DNA from: an uncultured Synergistaceae bacterium
Lineage (GTDB): Bacteria > Synergistota > Synergistia > Synergistales > 79-D21
Assembly (NCBI GenBank): GCA_964425765.1
Contig: CAYRNZ010000009.1
Span: 4,675-68,674, forward strand
Reading direction: 5' to 3'
Length of the DNA: 64,000 nucleotides
In this document: piece after piece, positions 55,450 to 63,772 of the stretch
How positions within the stretch are numbered: position 1 is the stretch's first letter
Layout: every line of letters starts with the position of its first letter
The notes under the pieces: generated by a model
What the model was told of the DNA's origin: nothing
Seen by the model: the letters and a program-made list of their open reading frames with translations, nothing else
Database searches by the model: none
Program-made: the position numbers and the translations under genes

Positions 55450-56604
55450 CTAGAGGAGGTAATGCCCCATCGGGTGGGTTCGCTGGGCTTCAACTAAAGC
55501 CTTGCGCAAGGCTTCCGCGAAAGATTCCAGGGATCCCATTCCAGGAGCGAGGTCCTTTTCACGCACGACAAGCCCTGGACCTACGCGCAGGGAAGAACCC
55601 CCGTGATCCTTTCGTACCGCTATGTCGTTCGGCAGGAGTTCCATCTGCAAATAACGGTCCAGCACTCTGCCCGCACCTTCCAGGCATGACCTTGTCGCAG
55701 GCGCTGCAGGTCCTCCCCAGGCTGGTTTCCCATCCACCGCGAGTGAAAGCCGATTCCCGTCCTGGACGATGGCGACCTTCAACAGGTGTAGCGGTTCCTT
55801 GCGATGAAGAGGCCAGCCCGCTTCCCGGATCGCCTTGGTCATGTAATCGAGACGCTCGGGAATGTCCGGGTGATCCATGAACACTCCCGGATCGAAATAA
55901 GGATGCTTCAATCTCTCTTCGGAAAGCCGCTCCATCACAGTAATCGCCGAAGAGACCGGGTACTCTGCGGAGTTTAGCATTTTCAAGGCTTCGAGGTCCG
56001 CCTCTCTTTCAAGGTCCCTGCTATAGCTGTTCAGGATGGCGACCTGCGCAATATTGGCCATGATGACCGCGGCGGCTTCACCTCTGCTTGCAATCGCCAC
56101 TGCCAGGGCCAGCAATGAAAGGCGCTCGTTCCGGGCAGATTGGATCATGCCGTGTTTTTTGTCCGCGTGGACCATCTCGTGTGCCATTATGGATGCCAGT
56201 TCGGAATCGCTTTTCGCGAAATCCAGCATGCCGGATGTGAAATACACGAAACCGCCAGGAAGAGAAAATGCGTTTGGCCGATCCTCGCTGATCACCCTCA
56301 CCTCGTAAGGGAGCGGCCTTTCAACCAGGGGAATGAGTTTCTGCTGGATCGTTTCCAATCTGGCGACGGGAATCGGATCGGTGACCCGAACCCACCTTTT
56401 CTCCACTTGCTCGCAGACTTTTCTGCCCAGGGCCTCTTCTTTCTTATCCACGCCTGATTCCGTAGCGGCAGGGGCCCATGTGGGGCATGAGAGGAAAAGC
56501 GACTGGAATAGGAAGACGAGGAGGATTCTGGTTAAAAAGGCCTTCTTTTGCAACGGGTCACCTCTTCCCTGGGATTCGGGCGCCCCGAAACCCCGAAACG
56601 GCAT
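55450..56604 (-). CDS. M48-family zinc metalloprotease (exported or membrane-associated)
   Basis: An N-terminal signal-like hydrophobic segment and the HEXXH motif in IMAHEMVHADKKH. Confidence 0.8.
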   Translation of the reverse strand: MPFRGFGAPESQGRGDPLQKKAFLTRILLVFLFQSLFLSCPTWAPAATESGVDKKEEALGRKVCEQVEKRWVRVTDPIPVARLETIQQKLIPLVERPLPYEVRVISEDRPNAFSLPGGFVYFTSGMLDFAKSDSELASIMAHEMVHADKKHGMIQSARNERLSLLALAVAIASRGEAAAVIMANIAQVAILNSYSRDLEREADLEALKMLNSAEYPVSSAITVMERLSEERLKHPYFDPGVFMDHPDIPERLDYMTKAIREAGWPLHRKEPLHLLKVAIVQDGNRLSLAVDGKPAWGGPAAPATRSCLEGAGRVLDRYLQMELLPNDIAVRKDHGGSSLRVGPGLVVREKDLAPGMGSLESFAEALRKALVEAQRTHPMGHYLL

Positions 56605-56683
56605 GAACGCCGAGTCTCTTTCATTTTACCTCAGCACGGGGTCCTTAGGCGCAGGCAGGTATTTCCGGTGTCCCTGGGTACAG

Positions 56684-57136
56684 TCAGTCCGAGATGTAGT
56701 CCAGGAGCCTGTAACACCAGTCGAAGAGGAGGTCACGCACGATCCTGTAGGTGTCCAGGCCGAAACCGTAAGGATCCGGAATATCCGGTAGAGGGAATGC
56801 CCTTATTCGGCAAGTCTGTTCGGGATATTGCGAAAGAAGGGTTTCAACATGATTTCCGTTAATTCCCAAAACATGAGTGGCTTCCATCAGGATCTGGACG
56901 TTGACCCTTCTCGCCCTGTGGCTTGAAAGGTCTATCCCTCGCTCGGCCATCGCCTCGATCGCCATGGGTGAAGCCGGAGAACCGTCCACGGCAAATAGTC
57001 CTGCCGAGGACACTTGCGCAGGGATACCTCTCGCATCAAGGAGGATCTTTAGGATCCCGGCGCCCATCGGGCTTCGGCAGGTGTTCCCCGTACAGACCAG
57101 GAGAACGTGGCCAAGCGGTTCCTTTCGAAGGGTCAG
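56684..57136 (-). CDS. low-molecular-weight protein-tyrosine/arginine phosphatase (start codon non-canonical or uncertain)
   Basis: The ORF track starts at M (57067), but hand translation of the same frame upstream gives LTLRKEPLGHVLLVCTGNTCRSPM-GAGIL.... This is the catalytic CX5R(S) P-loop of LMW-PTPs. The only start-like codon after the in-frame stop is a CTG at 57136, which overlaps the upstream TGA as CTGA. Confidence 0.72.
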   Translation of the reverse strand: MTLRKEPLGHVLLVCTGNTCRSPMGAGILKILLDARGIPAQVSSAGLFAVDGSPASPMAIEAMAERGIDLSSHRARRVNVQILMEATHVLGINGNHVETLLSQYPEQTCRIRAFPLPDIPDPYGFGLDTYRIVRDLLFDWCYRLLDYISD

Positions 57137-57591
57137 GCAGGTGATGGGGACTCCTCCTCCATCATGATCCTTTCTAGCAGGTCTGCGCGGTTCACAACAC
57201 CGACCAGAACCCCGTTTTTAGTAACGGGTGCCCGTTTCAGGTGGTTGCGGATAAGCGTGATGGCAACGTAGAAATCGCTGTCTTCCTCAGAGAAGCTGAC
57301 GACGTCTTTTGCCATGACCTTGCTGACGGGATCGAGGCCGATCTTCTTCAGCCGTTTCTGGAACTGCCCGTAGTCGGGGATGAATGAAGGGTCCTGCAGG
57401 TAGTCGAAATACCCCGGCAAGGCGGCCTTGACGATATCCTTCTCGCTGACGAACCCCAGGACTTTCCCGGAAGGATCGACGACGGGAATCCCTGAAACCC
57501 TGTGACGGGAAAGGACCTCAATGGCCTCGGAGAGGGGAGTGTCCGGGGAAAGTGCCGTCAGGTCCCTGTCCATGACTTCGCAGATTCTCAT
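57133..57591 (-). CDS. CBS domain pair protein
   Basis: 152 aa with two CBS motifs (VMDRDLTALSPDTPL...GIPVVD; VMAKDVVSFSE...APVTKNGVLVGVV). Confidence 0.8.
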   Translation of the reverse strand: MRICEVMDRDLTALSPDTPLSEAIEVLSRHRVSGIPVVDPSGKVLGFVSEKDIVKAALPGYFDYLQDPSFIPDYGQFQKRLKKIGLDPVSKVMAKDVVSFSEEDSDFYVAITLIRNHLKRAPVTKNGVLVGVVNRADLLERIMMEEESPSPA

Positions 57592-57604
57592 GGTTTTCTC
57601 CCCC

Positions 57605-58537
57605 CTAGGATAGTTTCTCGAAACGGATGCGAGAGATCAATTTCTCCACCGAAGAACGGTTCCTGACGCCTTTTTCCACATGAAGGGCGTTCTCCAGCGC
57701 GGCAGCCATCCCGAAGAGAATCCTCTCCTTCGTTCCCATCCCTTCCCGCCCTGAAAGCAGCAAACCCGCCACCAAAGACTCCCCGGAACCAAAGAGGGAA
57801 ACAATCCCCTTCCTGTCGAACTCGGCCAGGAAGATCCCTTCAGGGGTGAAAAACACGTTCCCGTAGGTCCGGTAGGAAGCTATGACCCATTCTACGCCAA
57901 GGGAATGGACCCTTGTCACTGCCTCGATCAGGTTGTCCAGGCTGTTTAGGGCAACGCCCTCGTAGGCGGCCATGAAACGTTGGTCCACCTTCGCGTAAGT
58001 CGGTCCTTCGTCGAGAGCCGCGAGCAGGGGGGCGCCTGCGGCGTCGAGGAAGGTGGGGATATCCCGCTGCCTGGCGATCCTGATCAGTTCGCAATAGAAA
58101 TCCTGGGGAATGCCGGGGGGAAGGGACCCCCCCAGCACGACCAGACTCGTCCTCTTCAGTATCCGCTCGTAGTTCGACAAGAACCTTGCGATTTCTTCTT
58201 CACCTATGTACGGCCCCGGCTCCGCAAGCCCCGTTTCGACCTTCCCGACTTCGTCGACGATGTAGACGTTGGTCCTCGTTTCTCCCCTTACATGAAGAAA
58301 ATTCGTCGTTATCTGCGCCCTTCGCAGGAAATCACGGATATACTCGCCGCTGAAACCGGCCAGGAACCCCATTGCGGCCGTTTCCAATCCGAGCTGTTTC
58401 AAGACTAGCGACACGTTGATCCCTTTGCCTCCCGGGGACCTCTGGACCTTGGTCGCACGGAACCATCCCCCCGGACGGAATTCAGGGACGACGTATTCTT
58501 CGTCTACTGCAGGGTTCAAGGTAACTGTGACGATCAA
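57605..58537 (-). CDS. 1-phosphofructokinase-family (PfkB) sugar kinase
   Basis: LIVTVTLNPAVDE..., PGGKGINV, and a C-terminal GSGESLVAG-type anion hole. Start taken at TTG 58537, preceded by GGAAGGGGGG; the ORF-track start would overlap trxB. Confidence 0.8.
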   Translation of the reverse strand: MIVTVTLNPAVDEEYVVPEFRPGGWFRATKVQRSPGGKGINVSLVLKQLGLETAAMGFLAGFSGEYIRDFLRRAQITTNFLHVRGETRTNVYIVDEVGKVETGLAEPGPYIGEEEIARFLSNYERILKRTSLVVLGGSLPPGIPQDFYCELIRIARQRDIPTFLDAAGAPLLAALDEGPTYAKVDQRFMAAYEGVALNSLDNLIEAVTRVHSLGVEWVIASYRTYGNVFFTPEGIFLAEFDRKGIVSLFGSGESLVAGLLLSGREGMGTKERILFGMAAALENALHVEKGVRNRSSVEKLISRIRFEKLS

Positions 58538-58560
58538 GTAGGTCCCCCCTTCCGTCGCCG

Positions 58561-59751
58561 CTACAAATCCCCGAGACCCGAAACGGAGGTGACCGGCAGT
58601 TTCTTGACTACCGCTCCCTTCCTGATTTTCAAGGCACAGGGTAAGGACTGGATCTGCAGCTTCTCCGCCATCCTGGAATTCTTGTACCCGTCGACCAGTA
58701 CGACACCCTTCCATTCGGGAGCAGCTTCGATTTCTCCTGCCAAACGGGCCTGTTCCTGGTCTACGCTTGAATAGAACACGACCTTCACCTCATCCGGCTC
58801 CATGAGTTTGCCTTCCAGGTGGACCTGTTCGGAGATGTAGGCGTAGGCAGCCATGGCGGCAGTCGCTCCATCTCCCGCCGCCGTGACGACCTGTCTCAGG
58901 TATTTCTCGATCAGGTCCCCCGCGGCGAAGATCCCCTCTATGGAAGTCTCCATGCGCTCGTTTACCTTGATCCAGTTTCCCCTCGCCGTCTTCAAGGCAC
59001 CCGCTTCGATGAGGGGCTTAAGGAAGCCCACGTTCGGTTCGTTTCCAATAAACACGAACACTCCAGCAACCGGAAGTTCCGATACCTCTCCCGTCTTGAC
59101 GTTTTTCAGGGCAAGGCTTTCAACCATGTCCGAGCCCCGGATCTCCTCCACCACCGTGTCCCAGATGGCCTGGACCTTGGGATTCTCAAGTGCCCTTTCC
59201 ACCGCTACCCTGTCTGCCCTGAACGAATCCCGCCGATGGATGATGTAGACTTTCGAGGCGAACTGGGTCAGGTAAACCCCCTCTTCGACGGCAGTGTTTC
59301 CCCCGCCGATGACGGCGACTTCTTGCTCCTCGAAGAAAGCCCCGTCACAAACGGCACAATAGCTGACTCCGCGCCCCGTGTATTCGGCTTCCCCGGGGCA
59401 CCCCTGCTTCTTGAAGCTCGCCCCCGTAGCCAGGAGGATCGCCGAGGCTTCGATCTCGCCTTTGTCGGTTACGACGATTTTCTTGCCGTCCTTCAGTTCG
59501 ATGCCTGAGACTTCCGCTTCGCGGAATTCGGGCTTGAACTTTTCCGCGTGTTCCCTGAACATGTCACCCAATTCAGGCCCGCTAGCATGCTGGACGCCGG
59601 GCCAGTTTTCGATCTCGTCCGTCGTGTTGATCTGCCCTCCCGGAAGCCCTTTTTCCAGAATCAGGACATCAAGCCCGGAACGTTTCCCGTAAATCGCCGC
59701 AGTCAGGCCCGCAGGGCCCGCGCCGATGATGACAAGCTCCCTTTTCTCCAT
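58561..59751 (-). CDS. trxB: thioredoxin-disulfide reductase TrxB with C-terminal thioredoxin-fold-like extension lacking CXXC
   Basis: Motifs VIIGAGPAG, the redox-active CAVCDG, and GGGNTAVEE for the NADPH site. An additional ~85 aa (KVVFYSSVDQEQ...LQIQSLPCALKIRKGAVV) follows. ATG 59751 (MEKREL...) is preferred over TTG 59787. Confidence 0.85.
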   Translation of the reverse strand: MEKRELVIIGAGPAGLTAAIYGKRSGLDVLILEKGLPGGQINTTDEIENWPGVQHASGPELGDMFREHAEKFKPEFREAEVSGIELKDGKKIVVTDKGEIEASAILLATGASFKKQGCPGEAEYTGRGVSYCAVCDGAFFEEQEVAVIGGGNTAVEEGVYLTQFASKVYIIHRRDSFRADRVAVERALENPKVQAIWDTVVEEIRGSDMVESLALKNVKTGEVSELPVAGVFVFIGNEPNVGFLKPLIEAGALKTARGNWIKVNERMETSIEGIFAAGDLIEKYLRQVVTAAGDGATAAMAAYAYISEQVHLEGKLMEPDEVKVVFYSSVDQEQARLAGEIEAAPEWKGVVLVDGYKNSRMAEKLQIQSLPCALKIRKGAVVKKLPVTSVSGLGDL

Positions 59752-59816
59752 TTCCCTTTCGCCTCCCTCGAGAATCCGGCCGGTCAAGGCCCTGTTTGTT
59801 CTATTCTAAGCAAATC

Positions 59817-60659
59817 CTAACGATGGCGCCATACGACGACGCGATCCTTCCCGGCAAAATCTTTTATTACCTCTACGGGCTCGAGGTTGCCAACTTGCGT
59901 GTTCGAAAGGATTCCAGCCTGGCGGGAACTTCCTATTTCCAGCAGCAGCCAGCCTCCCCTAGCCAATACTGCATCCGCGTCCGCGAGAATGTCCCTGATG
60001 TCCACCAGTCCGTCGGGTCCGCCGTCCAAGGCATTTGGTGGCTCGTATAGGCGAACGTCGGGCATGAGGGTCTCCATCTCTGCCGAGGGAATATAGGGCG
60101 GGTTTCCCACAATCAGGTCGAAGGGCTTCCATGAAGAAGGGATTGAACCGAGGGAGGATCCATGCCATAAGAGAGCTCGGTCGGAAAACGGGGACCGGGA
60201 AAGGTTTCGCCATGCCCACCTGAGAGCGGCCGGGCTTTTCTCGAGCAAGAGGCCCCTGGCGGCAGGTCTTTCACTCAAAATGGCAAGAGCGATACATCCG
60301 CTTCCGGTGCCCCAGTCCGCAAACCTCCCTCCCGGGAACAGATCGAGGGCCCTTTCAACAAGGCTTTCGGTTTCAGGCCGGGGAATAAGGCAACCCGGCC
60401 CCACCTGGATTTCCGTCCTCCAAAAAGAAGCCGTACCCTTGAGGTATGCTACCGGCTCCCGCAGTAGGCGCGCATTCAGGATCGAAAAGAGGGCTTCCTC
60501 CTGAGATGGAGTCGCCGCTTCTTCGAGGTGGGCGAGAAGAGATTCCCGGGTACAGCCAAAGGCTTTGGAACACAGTATATCCGCCTCAAGAACGGGGCTT
60601 TCGAACCCGTTTCCCCGGAGTCTCTCGATGGCAAGCCGCCGGGCGTTTCCCTTGTTCAT
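59817..60659 (-). CDS. prmC: peptide chain release factor N5-glutamine methyltransferase PrmC
   Basis: ADWGTGSGCIAL for the SAM site, and the catalytic IVGNPPYIP. Confidence 0.9.
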   Translation of the reverse strand: MNKGNARRLAIERLRGNGFESPVLEADILCSKAFGCTRESLLAHLEEAATPSQEEALFSILNARLLREPVAYLKGTASFWRTEIQVGPGCLIPRPETESLVERALDLFPGGRFADWGTGSGCIALAILSERPAARGLLLEKSPAALRWAWRNLSRSPFSDRALLWHGSSLGSIPSSWKPFDLIVGNPPYIPSAEMETLMPDVRLYEPPNALDGGPDGLVDIRDILADADAVLARGGWLLLEIGSSRQAGILSNTQVGNLEPVEVIKDFAGKDRVVVWRHR

Positions 60660-60674
60660 CCTGGTTACGGCTGG

Positions 60675-61748
60675 CTATCTTTCCAGATTTTTGAGCTTCT
60701 CCGCCTGGTCAGCGAGGTTGAGGGCCTCGATCAGTTCCTGGAGATCCCCGTCCATGATCTGGTCAAGCTTGTAGAGCGTCAGGCCGATCCTGTGGTCAGT
60801 CAAACGGTTCTGGGGGAAATTGTAGGTTCTGATCCGCTCCGAACGGTCGGCCGTCCCGATCTGGCCTCGCCTTTCCGAAGCGAGGGCATCCTGTTGTTTC
60901 TGAAGTTCACTGTCGTAAAGCTTGGCGCGGAGCATGGCCATTGCCTTGACCCTGTTCTTCAGCTGGGACCTTTCGTCCTGGCACGAGACGACTACGCCAC
61001 TGGGAAGGTGGGTTATCCTCACGGCGGAATCGGTCATGTTGACGTACTGCCCCCCAGCCCCGCTTGCCCTGAAAGTGTCGATCTTGAGATCTTCCGTGTT
61101 GATCTTGACGTCCACTTCATCCGCCTCCGGAAGGACGGCCACCGTCGCCGTCGACGTGTGTATCCTCCCGCTCGCTTCCGTTACGGGCACGCGCTGGACA
61201 CGGTGCACGCCGCTCTCGTACTTGAGTTTGCTGTAGGCGCCTTCGTTCGGGATCCGGAAAGCGACTTCCTTGAACCCCCCGATCCCGGTTTCGTTGAAGG
61301 TCATCAGCTCGGTGCTCCACCCGTTGCGCTCAGCGAACCTCGTATACATCCGATAGAGATTCGCCGCGAACAGGGCCGCTTCTTCTCCCCCTGCTCCCCC
61401 CCTGATCTCGATGATGACGCTGCGGTCATCGTTCGGGTCCTTGGGTATCAGCAGGATGCCGATCCGCTCCTCGAGCTCTCCCAGCATCGTTTCGAGCTTC
61501 GCGATCTCTTCCCTCGCCATTTCCTTCATGTCGGTGTCGTCCGTGTCGAAGAGCTCGCGGGCTCCCTCCATGTCCGACCTGGCGTGCTGGTAAAGTCGGT
61601 AGGTTTCCACGATCGGTGAAAGGTCGGAGTGCCGCTTCGCGATTTTCTGCAACTCGTGAGGGTCACTCACCACTTCTTGGAGCGTCAGCAGCCTTTCGAG
61701 CTCCAGGTAGGTTCTTTCCACCTCTTCCAGCTTCTTGCCAAAATCCAT
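60675..61748 (-). CDS. prfA: peptide chain release factor 1
   Basis: PxT-type tripeptide region, GGQ motif (SGAGGQYVN), and RF-1 length and N-terminus. Confidence 0.97.
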   Translation of the reverse strand: MDFGKKLEEVERTYLELERLLTLQEVVSDPHELQKIAKRHSDLSPIVETYRLYQHARSDMEGARELFDTDDTDMKEMAREEIAKLETMLGELEERIGILLIPKDPNDDRSVIIEIRGGAGGEEAALFAANLYRMYTRFAERNGWSTELMTFNETGIGGFKEVAFRIPNEGAYSKLKYESGVHRVQRVPVTEASGRIHTSTATVAVLPEADEVDVKINTEDLKIDTFRASGAGGQYVNMTDSAVRITHLPSGVVVSCQDERSQLKNRVKAMAMLRAKLYDSELQKQQDALASERRGQIGTADRSERIRTYNFPQNRLTDHRIGLTLYKLDQIMDGDLQELIEALNLADQAEKLKNLER

Positions 61749-61751
61749 CGA

Positions 61752-62672
61752 TTACCCCTCCACCACAACGGGTGCGGATTCATTTTCTACCGGTTCAGCC
61801 AGGGCAAGCCCGAGAGCGCTCAAGGCCACCTGGATCTGTTTCTCGTCGGGTTCCCTTGTCGTCAGGTATTGAAGCCACAAAGTGGGACACATCACCCATT
61901 TTCCAGCCACCGGGAACCGCGAGGCGGTCTTGATGATCTCGTAGGAGATGCCGATGACCAGTGGAAGGAGGAGAATACGGCTGCCGACCCGCCAAAGGAT
62001 CGTCCCGTTGCCAGCCAGGGCGAACACGACTATGCTGACTCCTACGACCACCAGGAGAAATGACGTCCCGCAACGGGTGTGGAAACGGGAACATTTCTTC
62101 ACCGCTTCCAGGTCGTTCGTGTCGAACCCGGCTTCATAGGCATTTATCGTCTTGTGTTCCGCCCCATGGTATTCGAAAACCCGCCTCATGTCCTTCCATA
62201 AACCGATAAAAGCCACGTAGGCGACGAAAACGGCCGCCCTGGCCAGCCCTTCAAGAGAACGGCCTCCCCAGGTCGACCCCCAATCCCTTCCATAAAGGCG
62301 GTCCGTGATCCATACGGGAAAAGCCACGAAAAGGCCCGCCACCAGTGCCAGGGCAATGCAGACCGTGAGGGCCATTTCCCACGGGGACACCTTTTCTTCC
62401 TCCCCGAGCGCCACTTCGGCCGAAAGGCTGAGCGCCTTGAATCCCACGGTCATCATCTCGGCCATGGTGGCTAGCCCACGGAAAACCGGCAATCTCCAGA
62501 CCCCCGTAGAAGCCCAGGGAAGGTTAGGCCAGACTTTTTCATAAAGCCTGCCGGTTTCTTCCCTGACGGCCAGCGCCCATCTGTCCCTGCCGCGCATCAG
62601 GACGCCCTCGATAACGGCCTGGCCCCCGACGGGTAGCCGTTCGGGCCTGGCAAGGAATGCCGCCGCAAGCAT
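61752..62672 (-). CDS. DUF1385-family membrane protein
   Basis: VGGQAVIEGVLMRG and YHGAEHKTINAYE motifs with several TM helices. ATG 62672 is preferred, with GTG 62699 as an alternative; the ORF-track start overlaps thyX. Confidence 0.8.
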   Translation of the reverse strand: MLAAAFLARPERLPVGGQAVIEGVLMRGRDRWALAVREETGRLYEKVWPNLPWASTGVWRLPVFRGLATMAEMMTVGFKALSLSAEVALGEEEKVSPWEMALTVCIALALVAGLFVAFPVWITDRLYGRDWGSTWGGRSLEGLARAAVFVAYVAFIGLWKDMRRVFEYHGAEHKTINAYEAGFDTNDLEAVKKCSRFHTRCGTSFLLVVVGVSIVVFALAGNGTILWRVGSRILLLPLVIGISYEIIKTASRFPVAGKWVMCPTLWLQYLTTREPDEKQIQVALSALGLALAEPVENESAPVVVEG

Positions 62673-62706
62673 CGATACAACCCGGATTGACCTGGTCACG
62701 ACAAGA

Positions 62707-63402
62707 CTAATGTTCCGCAAGCAGATCCTCCTTGCCCGAATAGGGATGTCCGCAAGAACGAGACTCCCTGCATTTCCCCTCGATAACGCATGACGGGCCG
62801 GCATCCTCGAAGAGGAAGGGGGCCTTGTCTCTTCCCAGGATAAGCATTTGCCTTGCAAGTTCCCTGATTTCCCACTGGGCCCGCTTGCATAGCCTTAGCT
62901 CGAAAAAGTGAAGAAGTTCCCTGGCGTTCATCGTGACCACCAGATTGGTTTTGCAGGCATTCGGCAGAACATACCTCGCGTCCTCCTCCGGGATGCCCTG
63001 GGCCAGGAGGTCTCCATAGGCCTTGTAAGCGCCACTCATCGATTCCAGGAAAGCCAGTTTCGCGATAGGAGAACCTGTAACCGTAGGGGGAACCACGAAT
63101 TCCGGTTTCTCTGCGCGGACATACCGCTGGCTTTGCTGGCTGAAGCTGGCGATCCGATGCCTGACCAGCTGATGCGAGCAAGCGCGGCTGATGCCGTCTA
63201 CGGCGAAAACGAAAGAGGCGTGCTCGAAGGGGGAAAGATGCCCGCTCCGCCTCAGGTGTTTCAACAACCTGGCCGCTTCCTCCAAGGTGAACTCTCTGGC
63301 CAGGTCGCTGGCGGAAACCGGGCTGTAGCATAAACGGGCCGCGGCCGCCACAACCCTGTCCGGTTCCGGCGTCGAGGTGATCAGGCTTACCAGCGCTGGC
63401 AT
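62707..63402 (-). CDS. thyX: FAD-dependent thymidylate synthase ThyX
   Basis: ThyX signature RHRIASFSQQSQRY (RHRxxSxxxxSxR). Confidence 0.92.
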   Translation of the reverse strand: MPALVSLITSTPEPDRVVAAAARLCYSPVSASDLAREFTLEEAARLLKHLRRSGHLSPFEHASFVFAVDGISRACSHQLVRHRIASFSQQSQRYVRAEKPEFVVPPTVTGSPIAKLAFLESMSGAYKAYGDLLAQGIPEEDARYVLPNACKTNLVVTMNARELLHFFELRLCKRAQWEIRELARQMLILGRDKAPFLFEDAGPSCVIEGKCRESRSCGHPYSGKEDLLAEH

Positions 63403-63426
63403 GGTTTCCCTCCTTGGACTCCTTAT

Positions 63427-63449
63427 AAAAAAAGGGAGCTTGCGCTCCC
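63427..63449 (-). terminator. intrinsic terminator after rpmE
   Basis: The minus strand reads GGGAGC-GCAA-GCTCCC followed by TTTTTTT. Confidence 0.8.
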
Positions 63450-63451
63450 CG

Positions 63452-63688
63452 CTAGTTCTCCTCCGTTTCCTTCCTCTGGCCGTAATCCATTCCGGCGTAT
63501 TTCTTCTGGAACTTTTCCAGCCTCCCGGCTTCCGAAACGAATCGGCCCTTCTTCCCCGTATAGAACGGATGGCAGGCGTTGCAGACGACGACCTTCAATT
63601 CCTTGCTTGTCGACTTTGTTTCAAAGGTGTTCCCGCAAGCGCAAACGACCTTGCAGTCTTCGTAACGGGGATGGATTTCCTTTTTCAT
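63452..63688 (-). CDS. rpmE: 50S ribosomal protein L31 (Cys-containing, Zn-ribbon type)
   Basis: [27 protein letters not shown]...[15 protein letters not shown] 63688 has a GGAGGTG SD. Confidence 0.93.
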   Translation of the reverse strand: MKKEIHPRYEDCKVVCACGNTFETKSTSKELKVVVCNACHPFYTGKKGRFVSEAGRLEKFQKKYAGMDYGQRKETEEN

Positions 63689-63736
63689 GATGGTGCACCT
63701 CCGTGGGTTCTTTTCTTGGACTACACGCAGAAGCAA

Positions 63737-63765
63737 ACTTTAGCACAGACCAACCATGATGGCAA
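63737..63765 (-). promoter_or_regulatory. candidate rpmE promoter (TTGCCA-17 nt-TAAAGT)
   Basis: On the minus strand, TTGCCA lies at 63765-63760 and TAAAGT at 63742-63737, ~50 nt upstream of the rpmE ATG. Confidence 0.55.
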
Positions 63766-63772
63766 GGGAGTT

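Noticed and set aside
60528-61619. 363-aa plus-strand ORF, the longest on this strand
   Set aside because: It lies antisense to prfA and prmC, both of which have diagnostic motifs (GGQ, NPPY). It has no start context or recognisable domain, and its composition is Arg/Pro/Gly-rich.
63403-63452. GAG-aac-UAG-cggg-GAG-cgc-AAG triplet series between rpmE and thyX as a TRAP or HutP site
   Set aside because: There are only three or four triplets with irregular spacing, and they coincide with the rpmE stop codon and the terminator stem. This is far short of the 9-11 repeats TRAP needs.
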